A DNA stretch of 64,000 bases. Source: Eledone cirrhosa (Eukaryota). This document shows, in pieces, positions 42,436 through 57,119 of the stretch. Location of the stretch: the NCBI GenBank assembly GCA_964016885.1, contig OZ024745.1:83700001-83764000 (forward strand), written 5' to 3'. The notes under the pieces were generated by a model. The model worked only from the letters and a program-made list of their open reading frames with translations, had not been told where the DNA came from and made no database searches. The number at the start of each line of letters is the position of its first letter. The first letter of the stretch is position 1. The translations under genes were made by a program, and so were the position numbers.

Positions 42436-45400
42436 ATATAAATATATATATGTATGTATATATATATATATATTCTCTTTTCCGAAGATTATGATGATCT
42501 TTTCGGATGACCACATATCTGTGACATTACCAAAGTTGCATCCAAAATGCATTACTAACTATAAAATACGCCCATTTCTAAATGCGTCAATGAACATGCT
42601 ATGATTGAGATGTATAACATTACTCACGAGGAAAACCAATCTGGAAAAATGAAACGTAGAGAATAATAGATTGCTAATAAGCACGTAATTATGACGTTAA
42701 CGTGAGAAGAATATAGTTGCCGAGTTTAATAAAGACAGCATTGAATTAAAGCAATATCTGCCAAATATATACGATTCTTGCTGGCTAGGTCTCCCTAGCT
42801 GTAAACAGGCACCATTACGATGAAGAACTGCTCGACACAAAGTTACACTGATATCACATAACAATCAATATTAACTGAAAAGAATACACTTATAAAACTG
42901 GCACAGAGGCTATTGAATATATGATAGATATTAATAGTGATATTATTGCCGTTTGCACTCGAAAGGGAAGACTTTCGCACGCATTCAATATCTGCAGTGG
43001 TAAGATATAAAGCCGACCAACCGACTAGTATGTGACTGCCACAATATTATTTGGTTAAACACAAAGAAAGTAAAGATCTATGGCAATACTTTTCTTTCCA
43101 ATAACAGTAGTTTTGTTTTTTCTTGTTAGGCCCCAAATCGACTCGAAAGAGCTGATTATGAACAAAGGCATCTAGACAGTTATCATTTTGGCTTATATTT
43201 AGGCATAGTTTATTTAAGATTGTAATGTCCAATTAAGATGGTAGTGTATAATTTGAGGTATGTAGGCTGTTAGTTTCAGCAATCCGTACTACCGCCTACA
43301 AATTCATCGAGAAAGTGAAGTTATTCGGTAAACGTTTTGCTACAAAGTATTTTACAAGGAGTATTTCAAGAAATGAACAAAGAGAGTAGTTTAATGTTTT
43401 ATCCAAACAACATATTAAAGGTGAACGAACGATACGAAAATCAATGATTGGAATTTGTAAAACGCTCATTTTCTTTTAAAAGCAATATAAAACATTTAGC
43501 TTATAAAACTCTAAATCATGGTATACTTTTAAAATATGCTTTGAGAACATGTAAAATAAAGTGTTTAAAAATATTCATCGCAGTAAGAAATAGTTTCAGT
43601 GACAATTTGCTGGAATAGAGGAAAGGAAATTATTAAAATAATTGTAATTTTTATAGTGTTAAAGTTTCAAAGCTAGTGTAAGAAGTATTTAGTAATCAGT
43701 GTGCAGCATCTCTGAAGACAGAGGATGTATGATACACCAGCAAATATATTTGTAAATACTTCAAAATTGTTATTAGCAATTAATCTATCTTAATTCTCGC
43801 TGTGATATATGAATATTTTACTCATATGACAAGTACGTCACATGAGACTGGTTGCTTAGATACTCATCATCGTCTGTTCGTCTCGATAAATGAACCACAG
43901 AAAACAAAATAGTATGAAATAATGAACAAAAGATATTTTGTAGGATACCAATCCTATTTATTAAAATTGAAAGAAGCGTTTTATATTAAGTTTTTTTTTT
44001 TTTTTCGTTTGCGAAGAAATGATATTTTCTTATTAGACACATGCTATGATACCCGTGATATCGAATATATGTCATATATGATATTGCTGTTAAATAGAAC
44101 AGGGTAAACATATAAGGTTCTTGCGTGGCGTAGTATGTAATTGTTATTTACTCTGGGGTCGAATTGTCCCAAACGTGTGAGTGGAATTGAATTTACAGAA
44201 ACTGTTTGGAATTCTGTTGGATGAGCTCTACCTATACTTATCTCAAGGTACCAGCCTTGTCACAAATGATGCTGAGCTGATTCCTATTGATAATTATGTT
44301 ACGAGTAAACGTGTCTGTGGAATACTCAGAAAATTTCACGAGCAGGCTGTTCCACTATTTAAAAAATTAACAAATCTTGAAATAGCGCTGTTTGACATTC
44401 TCAGCTGTAGGCTATTCTGCGATATATTCACGTAGTGCAATGGAAAAATACAAACATTTTCATAACGCAAAAACTATTTTTCTTTCATAGCGAGGCTAGG
44501 CATATGCTTATTGTATTTAAACGTATAGTATATGTTTATATATATTTTCATATACACCTCTATTATATACACAGTTGTTTTAATATCAATGTTAGTTAAT
44601 TATCAGTCCTCTATTTTATCATCGTAATTAAATATCTAAGCTGTTTCCGGGTACTCCACATCAGTTGTAACTGAGCATGATCTCGTATCACATAGACAAG
44701 TATCCAATGAAGTAGTACTGGTATGTAAATAATTATGAAGACACACTTCTACTTTTCCTTACCTATTAAATTATTTATTAATTGTAAATGAATTGTATTA
44801 ATACATTATAATTTCTCTACATATGCGTGTCTTTGCAGCTACAATCAAATTCCACCTCCCACTCTTTGTAGGTTAACACTCACACACAGACATGTGGGTG
44901 TAGGTGTTAAATATAAAGATATGTTTATACTTTGTATGGAAAGAGTAGAAACTTGTCTTTATATTTAACACACACACACATGTGTGTGTGTGTGTGAGGG
45001 TGAGGGTGTGTATGTTTGCCAACTGAGGAGGAAGTTGATTGAAGCTGCAAAGACACGCATTTGTAGAGAAATTATAACGCATTAATACAATTCGTTTCGT
45101 TGTGTTTGGGGAGGTAAACCACAATGACGTTGCAAGACGTTTATTTAACATGATAGATATGGCAGCTTCTTTTAAATATCTGTATTGATATACAATTATT
45201 TGTGTTATATTATTCGAAAATCGTATGAAATATTAATAAATGTAAACCTAAACTGATCGCAAATGGCAGCGTTTTATTTAGTATGCCTAATGTTTGTAGT
45301 TATTTTGAAATATCACTGTAATATGGTTAACTCAAACAGTGAACAAAATAGAATTTCAGAGAAACAGCGTGTATGAAATTGAATATAATCATCAGAATTA

Positions 45401-47930
45401 CTAGGAAATTAGTTGGAATCTGCTGCAGCAATCGTTAACATTTTGAAAAGCAGAAAAATAATGAGCTTGAAACTAAATTGAAATGAACGACTAACGGCCG
45501 TTTCGAGTGGAATACTTCATTGAACAACGTGAGTAAATTGGAAGCAAATTCTTTATTGGAATGAAATGTGAAAAAAAAAAATTAAAACCGGAACGTGAGA
45601 TAATGGGAATAATGAGATTCAACAAAAGGTAGCTATAAACCTTAGGGTAAAGAATAAAGAAATACACATTGAAAAATAACAGCGTAAACTATTAAACTGT
45701 TATTCACATTTGAGAAAAAATATATAGATGAATACAATAGAAGGGAAAAAGAGGGAAAAACACGACGTAAAAATACCAAGAATTTTAATTGTTTTTATCT
45801 TTTTATTAGAACTTAAATGTTCCTATGAAGCCACCGACATAAAAATCAAGTAATCTATCTAATGTTTAGAACAATAAAATGGTAACAATAAAATGGAATA
45901 AAGGCCAAACAATGTTATTAAAACTACTTCGAACGTGATTCGCTTTCATTACAGGTCTTCGGTCAAAACATCCTTGCCACTTGCTAATTAAGGTTGGAAT
46001 CGCTAAATACACGTACCAATATTCTATCAGAAGATCTACGACACTGAAGAATTTAGCACGCCAGTTTCTATTGGAATGTCCGCTAACACCACCAACTTCG
46101 GCGGTATGTAAGAGCCCTCAAATATATATGTGCAAAGTTTCTCCCTCCAGATTTAGCTTCATCAGAAGCTTAAAATATCCCAGACCTCTAAGTAGAGAGA
46201 CACTTTCACAGCTATTCTGAAAGGATGCTAATATCTCAGGCAATATCTACACCATTGTAAATGTTTGATTTGAACAACATAATATTTTCACTCCAGCATA
46301 TTATGTGTTTTAATCTATTTTCTGATACATGAAATGAGGAAAATTCAAGCAGTCAATTTCCTGAACATGAATAATCTAAAATTGAATAGTAGTTGGAAAC
46401 AAGCTCTCCATTTCACATAATAATTTGAAAATGACTCATGTAAGATGTGTTTATTTGAAGACTTTTGGCGATGTATATTATATTTGGCTCATTCAAACAA
46501 AAGAGTAGGTGTTAGATTTTCTAATTCTTCAATGTCTTTCGAAAATATTTTCAGTAACTGACAAATGAAGAGATTAGTAAACGTCTAATAAATATTTGTA
46601 GGCGTCCAATAGAATGCCTACAAAACACCATATGCCGTGACAGCGCCCACATGACTTCATCAGCAGGTACAAGTCCATGCATATAACCTATGCTTATTTT
46701 AAGACTTTTCGTTAGTTATATATATCTATGTCATTCAAACAGAAAGGTTGGTGTTTGGTTTTATAATTCTACAGTGACTTTCGAGAAACCCTTCAGTGAG
46801 TGATAAATGTCGTGATTGATTAGAAAATGTCAAATATATTTTTAGCATCACTGACAAACAATTTCTCACATATATAAGATATAGAGATAAATATCAAATA
46901 TCCGACTAAACCTAATCAGCAGTACTAATCCTTCTTTCTATTTCGTCTATCTTCGCCATTCTTTTTGTTTCTTCTCTTTTATTTGACCTCCTTTCTTTTT
47001 CATGTCAACTCCTTTCTCTCGTTTAATTCATCATTTATTCTATTTCTTATCTTCTTTTAAATCTCGAATAACTCTAAAATTTAATTGGAGATTTTCAAGT
47101 ATATGGTTTATTAACGAGCGCTCTTTCATGTGGAATAGTGTAGCTTTTAGAGTGAACCAAAACAGTGCTCAACCCGGGGTTCTTCAACTTCCTCCCCTCT
47201 CTCCCCCACTTTCTCACTCTCTTTCCCTACCTGTATGTGTGTGTTGACGTGGCGTATATGTGTTTGTGTGTGTTTTACATGCAAAATAGACCCACATGAA
47301 TCATCTTGGTACGTCTTAAGCCTAATCAAAGAATTTGTTCATTTCATATATTCTCCAATTAAAAGCTAATTGGCACACATATACCTTTATTTTGGGAGGC
47401 GGTTACATTGAAAACATGAAGCTTTAGATATCCATTTAAGAAAATATCGAAAGTTATCTTGGAAATATTTAATAGTCACATATATTTATTGTAAACAAAA
47501 TCGTTAGCTAAAGAAAAATGTTAAAAAAAGCATAAGAAAAAAAGGAATTAAATTGTAATTCTATGCTTTAATGCGTTGTTAACATTCTTTTCCTTCAAGT
47601 AATATGCTACTTGAAACATAAAGACGTTTTTAAATATATTCAAAGGAACGTGCGGGACTCCTTGTTCTTTTTCCTTGTCTAATAGCATTGTTCTTTCGAT
47701 ATTTAGAGCTCCATTTGAATTTTAGTAACTTCTTAAAACTAACTTCGTTCTCCACCATTATGCAAGCAAACTGCGAACACGTCACTGTTATAACCAATAA
47801 AGGAAATACACTAAAAATAAATGTAACGGTATTTTTAAGTCCCTTAATATCTCTAGCGAAACACATCAACATACATATCATATATTATGATACCTTAACT
47901 TAGTATATACACCCATCCTTACACGCGCAC

Positions 47931-48020
<90 letters not shown>

Positions 48021-48021
<1 letters not shown>

Positions 48022-49336
48022 ATATATAAGAACAAAAGATGGTTAAAAGAGTTCCATGTATTGTATTATTCGCATTTCAAAAACAAACATCATCATGCAA
48101 TAATATTTGTGTTTTCATCAGATAAAACAGGAAGACATGATATGAAGGTTAAAAAACACTTGTGGATAGTGCAGTTTTAAATCAACATATGAAAAGTAGT
48201 TTTAGATTGATGTGTGATATTGGGAAAAATATTTTTTTTTTGGGGGGGGGGGGGTGAAAAAGAGGAGGAGATGAGAGTAAAAAGTGGAGAGGGAGGAGTA
48301 TAATGAGGAAGGATGAGATAGGAGGAGAGATGGGTGATAGAGAGAGATAGCTTTTATAACTGAGAAAGATATATTGTTTTACATAGAGAGGTTGAAAACC
48401 GTTGGAAGATAATGTATAAATTAAAAGAATTTGAAAATTAACGAAGAGAAAAATAATGTAAAGTTAAGGTTTGTATATTGAGGGGTTTAATAATATGTGC
48501 GATGAAAAGAAAATGTTAATATGTATTAAGAATAATATTTAAGGGTTTAATAACATGTGCGATGAAAAGAAAATGTTAATATGTATTAAGAATAATATTT
48601 AAGGGTTTAATAACATGTGCGATGGAAAAGAAAAAGTTAATATGTATTAAGAATGATATTAAGGGTTTAATAATATGTGCGATGGAAAGAAAATGTTGAT
48701 ATGTATTATTAAAAAGAATAACAGGTAATTTAAGTAAGGATATATTGTGAGATGAGCATGAATGAGTTAGATGAAAGGGAGAAAAAAATAATGAATTGAG
48801 GATGAATAATCTAACGTCAAAAAAATGTTTGTTTACGAAGGATTTTTACAAGGTGATATAGAGTAAGAATGTATTGTATTATGTAATAATTGATTCTATG
48901 TTAGGCAACAGTGAGAAAAGGTACAGATTAGGGGTTAGACATTAAAAGAAGAAAGGGACGTGATAAATAGGAGCGATATATAGAATGAGTAACAAGTATT
49001 ATAGAATATATAATAACCTTTGAAATAAGGTAGAAAGATGGGTATATTTTTAAAGAAGTGTATATATATATATATGTGCCTTTGAGAAAAAGATTCTAAA
49101 TTGATAAAGAATATTAGCTGTATACTTTGTGGAATGTTTTGTGGAATTTATGCAAGCAGATAGAAAACAAGTCAGTGCGTCTATTTATTATATATTTTAA
49201 CCTTCATATCATGTCTTCCTGTTTTATATGATGAAAACACAAATATTATTGCATGATGATGTTTGTTTTTGTTTTTGAAATGCGCATAATAAAATACATG
49301 GAACTCTTTTAACCATCTTTTTTGTTCTTATATATT
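48021..49336. mobile_element. ORF-less PLE pLTR fold-back (arms 48021-48154 / 49195-49336), each arm with a hammerhead
   Basis: Consensus TTTTAT-CTGATGA-AAAC...GTTTTT-GAAA-TGCGCA-TA-ATAAAA, at 48061-48127 (minus) and 49222-49294 (plus). Confidence 0.8.
48480..48710. repeat. Minisatellite, ~4 x 59-60 bp
   Basis: Repeated unit aagggtttaataacatgtgcgatgaaaagaaaatgttaatatgtattaagaataatattt. Confidence 0.9.
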
Positions 49337-50690
49337 ATGTATACTCCAGTCCTACAAACTGTAGAGTGCTTCTTATCCGATATCTGCATTGCTTTATTGT
49401 ACTACAATAAAACTCACCTCCTACATATATATATATATATATATTGTTATACTTGGGGAGGGTCATATTTGTGTAATAATATTGCCAGAATTAATAACAG
49501 AACACACTCACTGTTTGGTTGGTTTTCGCTTCTGTGTCTTTTATATCGGTTAATTTAATTTATTCGATCCTCAATGTTACCATTGACTGACTAACGGTCA
49601 AAAATACAGATAATATAGATACAAACACATATATATAGTCTAACAAAGTTCTTTCGTTGCACATCTGCAACATCGTCAGTGGTGCTATTATGTTTCCTCC
49701 CGTTGTATTGTATTCCTACGCCATCTTTATTTAGTCTGTTTATTTATTATTTTTTTTTGTCTTCTCTGCGCATGCGTTTGCGTGTGTGTATAGTGTTTTG
49801 TTTGATGTGTGTTCGTGTTTGGGTGACGGTGTATTCATAAATATATCACATATATAAATTTAAGGCAAGAATATAAAACTACTTGAGTGTGTAATCCTAA
49901 TATAATTGAATAAAATTATAAAATGAGAAAAGCTATTGAAATATTATGTAACAATTTATTAGGATATATGACATTTATATAAAAAAATATTCAAACAAAT
50001 TATTTGTAAAAGCACGAGTGCATAAATAATATCAGCAGTATAAGATTTGTTAAATAATTGCGATGTCAGGATATCATATGACATTGTATGATCATAATTA
50101 ATTGAGTAGCGTTAACTCAGATTGTCACTGTGACTTTCGAAAATGTTCTTGTATTACTGGTTGTTAAAGGAAGGCTTTTCTATTAAAACGAAAGGTTAGT
50201 GAATTAGTGTGTGCAGCCATTGTGATTGTCGGAGAGTTGTGCCATAGTATTTTGTTATGTTTCTGCGATGTTACTTATCATATTTATTATGTATTTGGTT
50301 CTGTCTTTGAAAACAATTTAAATTAGTACACTGTTATAATAATGAAATAATCTGATGAATGATGCCTTATGTAAGGACAGGCTTCACAGGCACATGTTTA
50401 TGTTGTGATGCGTTTTGTAATGATAAAGGCTTGGTGGTCGGATCTTTCTTACCAGTTTTTGTTAAGGATTAGTCAAATTGAGGAAATTTACCGCATCTAT
50501 GTGTTTGTCTGCTTATATTTTTAGATAGAAATCTTTAAATGTATCAATAAGTTGTTTTTTTTTCAAAAATTGTCTTATTAACAACTGCTCACGTTTTATG
50601 TATTTCGATGCGCATGATTGTATGCATATGATTGAGTGCATGTGTGTGTGAGGAGGATTATGTATGCATATATGTATTCATGTATAATAT

Positions 50691-51308
50691 GTCAGGTCAC
50701 CAGTTGGTGCTACTGGTAACATGTATCCCAGTACAACCTGACTCATGGTCGGGTCGTTGGCGACTAAACTGGCAACCCCACCAAGGTTTCTTGGTGAGGA
50801 GGGTGACTTTGGACATCCTGCAGGAATAAAACCAAAACCTGTCAAAGGGCAAAGGAGCTCTTAAGAGTCAATGGCCATCCAAAATCACCGGGAGAGATGA
50901 CCCCTTAGCCATTGTCAAGGCAGAATTCTAGGAGAAGGAAAACTCCGATATAACACCTGCAACTCTGATGGTATCCAATGATGTTGACTTGTGCTTCTTT
51001 TTGGTAAATATCATCTTGGTTAAGAGAGTGGGACTGGCTTTGTGCAGTGCCTTTGCTCACTATAAAAGCTTCACGGCACAGGCACAGGCATTGCTTTATA
51101 TCTGGAGATCTCTCTGCACTTGTCGTCACATGGTACCATGGGCCCAGCACTATGTGTCAATAATTGTCACAAGTGTAGTGTTTGTACCAGAGTTTTCAAG
51201 TCGCTGGCTGAACTAAAAAGTCACACTCGTTCAGCGCATCGGTAAGGGTTCTCCTATATGGATATAAAGTAGTGGCCGTACTCGAAAACGAGTTGGCAGC
51301 CACCACCA
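50691..51308 (+). mobile_element. Full-length ~620-bp RTE-derived non-autonomous retroposon
   Basis: Reverse complement of 22587-23192; 51165-51245 encodes [26 protein letters not shown]. Confidence 0.75.
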
Positions 51309-52890
51309 TAATATGTATGCTTATTGTACATAAATTATGTCCAATATAAATTTATATTTCAATCCTTAACCACAGTCACAAACTATTTTAGCTACATATT
51401 TTCTACACTATAAAACGTCTACCTACAGCTAATGTTTACGAACAAAATATCTTTCTATGTATCGTTCATATTAGTACAGTTTTAGGTTCACTACAGGATT
51501 GTTCAAAGAAATTTCTCTCAGAAATATTTTATATAGAATTTTCCCGATCCAATATTTGATTAGAACACATTCTTTTTACACATTAATATACGCACATGTG
51601 CAGAAATTATATTAACAGTCAAGTTTGTTTCTCGGTGAAATCGAAGTAGATCTAACCGAGGGAACGAGTAACTGCGAGTACCAACTCTCAGAGAGTTGGC
51701 TTTAGATAAACAATGTTCCATTCTGACAAACAGTGTTACACACTTCCTTTCGCTTAATTCGCTCAACTGCATTTCACAGCGGTATTATATTCATCGATAT
51801 TTTAATCCGTATAAAGATTTGATTGTCATGAAACCAAATTATGAACTAATTTTGTTTAAACAGATCGAAGGGCTAATATTTCTCTTATACACTATCACTG
51901 ATGTCATTAGCATCCAGTAAATGTCTTAGAAATATACTACACTAGTCAACAATACATATATGTTTAATATGTCCTTAAATTGTAACAAACTATGGTATCC
52001 CTGTGAAACAACACGTACCTGGAAGACAACGTGACTGTTGAATTAGACCTGAAGGAAAACAATTGAAAGCAAACAACATAAGCTGGAACAGTGAATTTAT
52101 AGGCAACTGCGAGTTTACAATGATATTTATATTGTCATTTTACGAAATATTAGAGCAAGGCCGTACAATGTCAGAAACATGCCGTAATTCTGTACAAGTA
52201 TGTCTTGTTTTTTCGGTTTTGACTCGATAACTTAAGGATCTTTCAGGTGGAATCACTTACTCTCTTCAAATCTGTGGAATCACTTTCTCTCTTCAAATCT
52301 GTGTGTTCATTTCACTCAGAATATTAACGCTTTATAGTTCAGCGTTGTTTTAAATAAAATACGATGATTTTCAGAATATTTGATTTTCATATTCAGAGAG
52401 CAATAAATACAGCATTGAAAAGGTATCTACAATGAACATAGCCATTCAGTTTAAAGTGATCATCTTCGTTGCTGTTTTATCTGAGTGGAATAATTGTAAA
52501 CCTCCCTCAGATAATAGTTTCATGTTTTGGGAAAAAGAACATATTGGATAATTTATGGAAAGGTTACGAGTGGAATTTCTTATATTGTATGTTGGCTATA
52601 TCAGAGCGAAAGAAGATTAAATGCAATAAATGTAATTTATTCTCAACAATATGATGAGAGTAAAGTAGGTTAAATGGTATTAAAATCACCGTGGAGTTCG
52701 ATAAAGATATGTCGTATCAAAGCTGGCATTAGATAAATACAAATTATCAGATACATTTCATTTATGTCAGTAATAAATCATGTCAAAAATATAGAAATAT
52801 GATACTATTATTTGTTTGTCTCACAAATAGAGAGACGACCCTCAACCGCCCAGACACTTATAAGATTAAATGTATGAGTGGTGTTTCACA

Positions 52891-52892
<2 letters not shown>

Positions 52893-52922
<30 letters not shown>

Positions 52923-53280
52923 CTTCTTCTTCTTCTTCTTCTTCTTCTTCTTCTTCTTCTTCTTCTTCTTCTTCTTCTTCTTCTTCGCTTATTTCTTTCT
53001 GGAAGGGTTGTGGGGGAAGAGTCTTCAAACACTCCTTCCTGTCAGAAACAACCGTCTCCATTTTGATCCGGCTGGATCCCGAAGGGAGACCAGTCGAGAT
53101 CATGGATATTATCTTGCACAAGGTTTACCCCATTGTTTTCGCCAGTAAGATCTCTCCAGTGCTTCTTTCCTAAGACATTCTAACTACATGTCCGTAATGT
53201 GGATGCTGTGATCTTTCAATTCGAAGAAGTAGCGGCTCTACCTGGGGCGACTTGCTGATCTCCGGGTTACGCACTCTATC
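52893..53280 (-). mobile_element. 3' end of an RTE-type LINE with a (GAA)n tail
   Basis: The minus strand reads LRIERSQHPHYGHVVRMS*ER (cf. LRWxGHVxRM), followed by about 30 GAA repeats. Confidence 0.65.
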
Positions 53281-53857
53281 GAGTAACGTTACTTTCTCAT
53301 AAAATACTAAGAATATTATTACACATAGCACAAACAGATCACGTAATAACCCATGTCTGGAGTAAATTATCGGGAGTGCAAATGGTTTAATTTCTCTATT
53401 TATCAGTAAGTCACCGTTATTCTGTTTAATTTTTGTAGTAGTTCAATATTCTAATGCATTCTCTGAATATCATATTTCAGTTAATTGAGTTAATTAAAAC
53501 TGCAAAGACTAGAAATCCAATGAAATATTTAATAATTTTTTATATTCAATTGCAAAGAGTGTATTTTACAATGTATATTCTTACATAAAAATATATTTGT
53601 TGAGTTATTAATGAAACGTACATAATTAATGAAACATATATTCATACAAATATATTCTCGGATTTATATATATTGAGGAGGAAATGAATTAAGTGTTTCG
53701 GAACCTACCCTTTGTATGTGAGAGAATATATACATACATACATACATACTTACATACATACATACATTACATACATACATTACATACATACATACTTACA
53801 TACATACATTACATACATACATACATGCATACATACATGCATGCATACACACATATA

Positions 53858-54367
53858 TGGTGGCTGCCAGCTCGTTTTTATATCCATGTAGGAGAACCCC
53901 TACCGATGCGCTGAAAGAGTGTGACTTTTTAGTCCAGCCAGCGACTTGAAAACTCTGGTACAAACACTACACTTGTGACAATTATTGACACATAGTGCTG
54001 GACCCATGATACCATGTGACGACAAGTGCAGAGAGATCTCCAGATATAAAGCAATGCCTGTGCCGTGAAGCTTTTATAGTGAGCAAAGGCACTGCACAAA
54101 GCCAGTCCCACTCACTTAACCAAGATGATATTTACCAAAAAGAAGAACAAGTCAACATCATTGGATACCATCAGGGTTGCAGGTGTTATATCGAAGTTTT
54201 CCTTCTCCTAGAATTCTGCCTTGACAAAGACTAAGGGGTCATCTCTGCCGGTGATTTTGGATGGCCATTGACTCTTAAGAGCTCCTTTGCCCTTTGACAG
54301 GTTTTGTTTTTATTCCTGCAGGATGTCCAAAGTCACCGTCCTCACCAAGAAACCTTGGTGAGGAGGG
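53858..54367 (-). mobile_element. 5'-truncated copy of the RTE-derived retroposon inside a degenerate (CATA)n array
   Basis: Aligns with 22587-23100. Confidence 0.8.
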
Positions 54368-54817
54368 TGCATGCATACATGCATACTTACATACATACAT
54401 TACACACATACATTACATACATACATACATGCATACTTACATGCATACATACATTACATACATACATTACATATATACATGCATACATACATACATGCAT
54501 GCCTAAAAGTGTACGTACATACATATGTACGTACATACATATGTACGTACATACATATATACATACATGCATATATGTGTGTATGTGTGTATGCATGTAT
54601 GTATGGCGGCGGTTGCCACCGGATTAACATATTCACATTTTACCTGCATCAAACGAGGCTCTCAAATAGTTTGTCTTTTTAACTGTGGCATATTTGTTTT
54701 CTATTCTATTATCGAACCGAGAGTAATATTGCAGTTATGAAAAATATGCTTACTCTAGGGAGCTCACAAATCAACAAAACTAGATAAAAGCATCAGTGCT
54801 TCTAACCCTCAATCGTG

Positions 54818-55075
54818 AAGGCGCATGGCATAATGGTTAGGGCGCTTGGCGTATGATCGTAATATCGCCGGTTCGATTCCTGGACAGGCTGCTGCGTTGT
54901 TTTCTAGAACTAAACATTATATTTCACGCTGCTCGATTATACTCAGCTGTGGGGATTACTAGTAATAACTGGAGAACTAATCCTGCGATAGACAAGTGTA
55001 CTGACCAGGGTGAGCAGGGTACTCACAATCGCCAAGGAAACTGGGGATAAAGACCGGCCTGATGAGCTTTAATTC
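54818..55075 (+). mobile_element. tRNA-derived CORE-type SINE
   Basis: A box tggcataatgg, B box ggttcgattcc, and a degenerate core ...aaacattatatttcacgctgctc...actcagctg. Confidence 0.7.
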
Positions 55076-55358
55076 AGACTTAATCCTAACCTTCTAACGC
55101 TGATCTCTAGTATAGAAGCTGAAAACGATTAAAGACTAAAGGATGCGAAAAATTCGATTTCCAAAATCTACAACTGATATACATAAAACAGAGACCCACA
55201 CAGGATTACGAATACACTATTATTATTATTTTTTTCTTTTTCCTTCAGTATTTTTTCCTTTATATGCTTAGTGTCTTCCTAACACCTAGGGCAAATAAAC
55301 TCACTGTATACATTGGTAAGCCAGTTAACACACCAAATTGATTATAATTTACAGCTTA

Positions 55359-55389
<31 letters not shown>

Positions 55390-55390
<1 letters not shown>

Positions 55391-55505
55391 CGAAGGAAGT
55401 GTGGTAAGGAAGTAGATGGACCATAACGCCGTTTCGACGGCTATTTCTGGACTCAGAAGTAGCCGTCGAAACTGCTTGAGCTCTGCCGTCGGGGTTAAAC
55501 ATTTT
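55390..55505. repeat. Short insert in (TA)n with the hairpin gtttcgacggcta...tagccgtcgaaac; 3' half of a hammerhead
   Basis: Stem II gacggctatttctg gact cagaagtagccgtc, then GAAA, stem III C(t/g)GC ttgagctct GCCG, TC and GGGGTT. Confidence 0.6.
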
Positions 55506-55688
55506 CCTATATATATACATATATAATGTTTAAGTATCGAGAGAGAGAAAAAAGGAAAGATAGGCGTTACATATATTTAGTTGCCAATAGTTTGTGCAGA
55601 TGTGCTCAATACTCGTGCCTACAGAGTTAAATATTAGAAGCGTTAATATTTAGTGGGCGAGAAAAAATAAGCAGAGCGATTATAAAAG

Positions 55689-56279
55689 AAATGAATACAA
55701 GGAGTTTAAAACCGTTAAAACATGTTTATATAACAGTGCACCTACGTACGTTTCGCCCGGAATTTGTTTATCAATGGAAAGGAAAACAAAAATATGATAA
55801 CTACACGACCCAGGAGGGGTTTCACGGTTAAATTAACATTATAGTTCATTCTTCGCCTACGTGCATGTGCTGTTATTATCGCAGAGCAGGGGGAGTAACT
55901 CTGGCCGGTTTTCAAACAATCTAGTCCCACTTGGTTTTTTATACCTGTTCATACGCGGGTGTTCAACCAATCTAGTCCCACTTGTTTTTTTATACCTGTT
56001 CATCGTATGAACAGGTATAAAAAACTAAGTGGGTCTAGATTGTTTGAACGCCGGCCAGAGTTACTCCCCCTGCTCTGCGATAATAACAGCACATGCACGT
56101 AGGCGAAGAATGAACTCTGATGTTAATTTAACCGTGAAACCCCTCCTGGGTCGTATATTGATCATTTTTTTGTTTTGTTTTCCATGCCCTTGATAAGTTC
56201 ATTCCGGGCGAAACGTACGTAGGTGCACTGTCATATAAACATGTTTTAACGGTTTGTATAACGGTCCTTGTATTCATTT
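55689..56279. mobile_element. ~590-bp fold-back (arms ~55689-55955 / 56004-56279) with U3-A8 hammerheads
   Basis: Plus strand 56185-56227 reads TGCCC-TTGATAA-GTTC attcc GGGC-GAAA-CGTACG-TA-GGTGCA. The mirror copy is at ~55736-55777. Confidence 0.85.
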
Positions 56280-56524
56280 ATTTTATATATATATATATAT
56301 ATATGTAGATAAATCTACCAAAATACAAAATATACGGTAGTGTCCAATCCGTATGAAGAACTCAATGTAATCCAAATATCATGAAAAGAGACGATGCATT
56401 CAAAAATTTTCGATGAAAATCACAGGAAAACAGAGTCAAGATAATTTAATCAAAACAATGAATAAAACAAAGAACAAGTTCCTCATATTAAAAAATTCAT
56501 CATTTTACGATCGTTTCTAGGATA

Positions 56525-56621
<97 letters not shown>

Positions 56622-56905
56622 GGGAGAGAGAGAGAAAGAGAGAGATACATACATCCACACATAAACACATCCACACAAACACATACGCGCATATATACAA
56701 ACACATTATCCACTCTCTTGGATAAAAATATACAGCCCAATCAGCCACTGTATTATCATATTGTGTTAGAACAGCAAATATACCATCATGTACTATAATT
56801 CAAATTCCTACTATTTCTTAATCACAACTAAAAGAAGGGGTTTTATTTACAGCCACGAATCCGTTGGATAATGGGAAAATAAGTCAAACTGTTAATATGT
56901 ATATA

Positions 56906-57012
<107 letters not shown>

Positions 57013-57082
57013 TGTGTCTGTGTGTGTCTGTGTGTGTGTGTCTATATATATATATAAATGAAAGGTATAGAAAATATTGTAG

Positions 57083-57117
<35 letters not shown>

Positions 57118-57119
57118 TA

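Noticed and set aside
48480-48710. CRISPR-like array
   Set aside because: The units are contiguous with no unique spacers, there are no cas genes, and the context is eukaryotic.
52799-53173. Poly-S/E/F/L ORFs
   Set aside because: They come from the (TTC)n tract, which is the tail of a LINE fragment.
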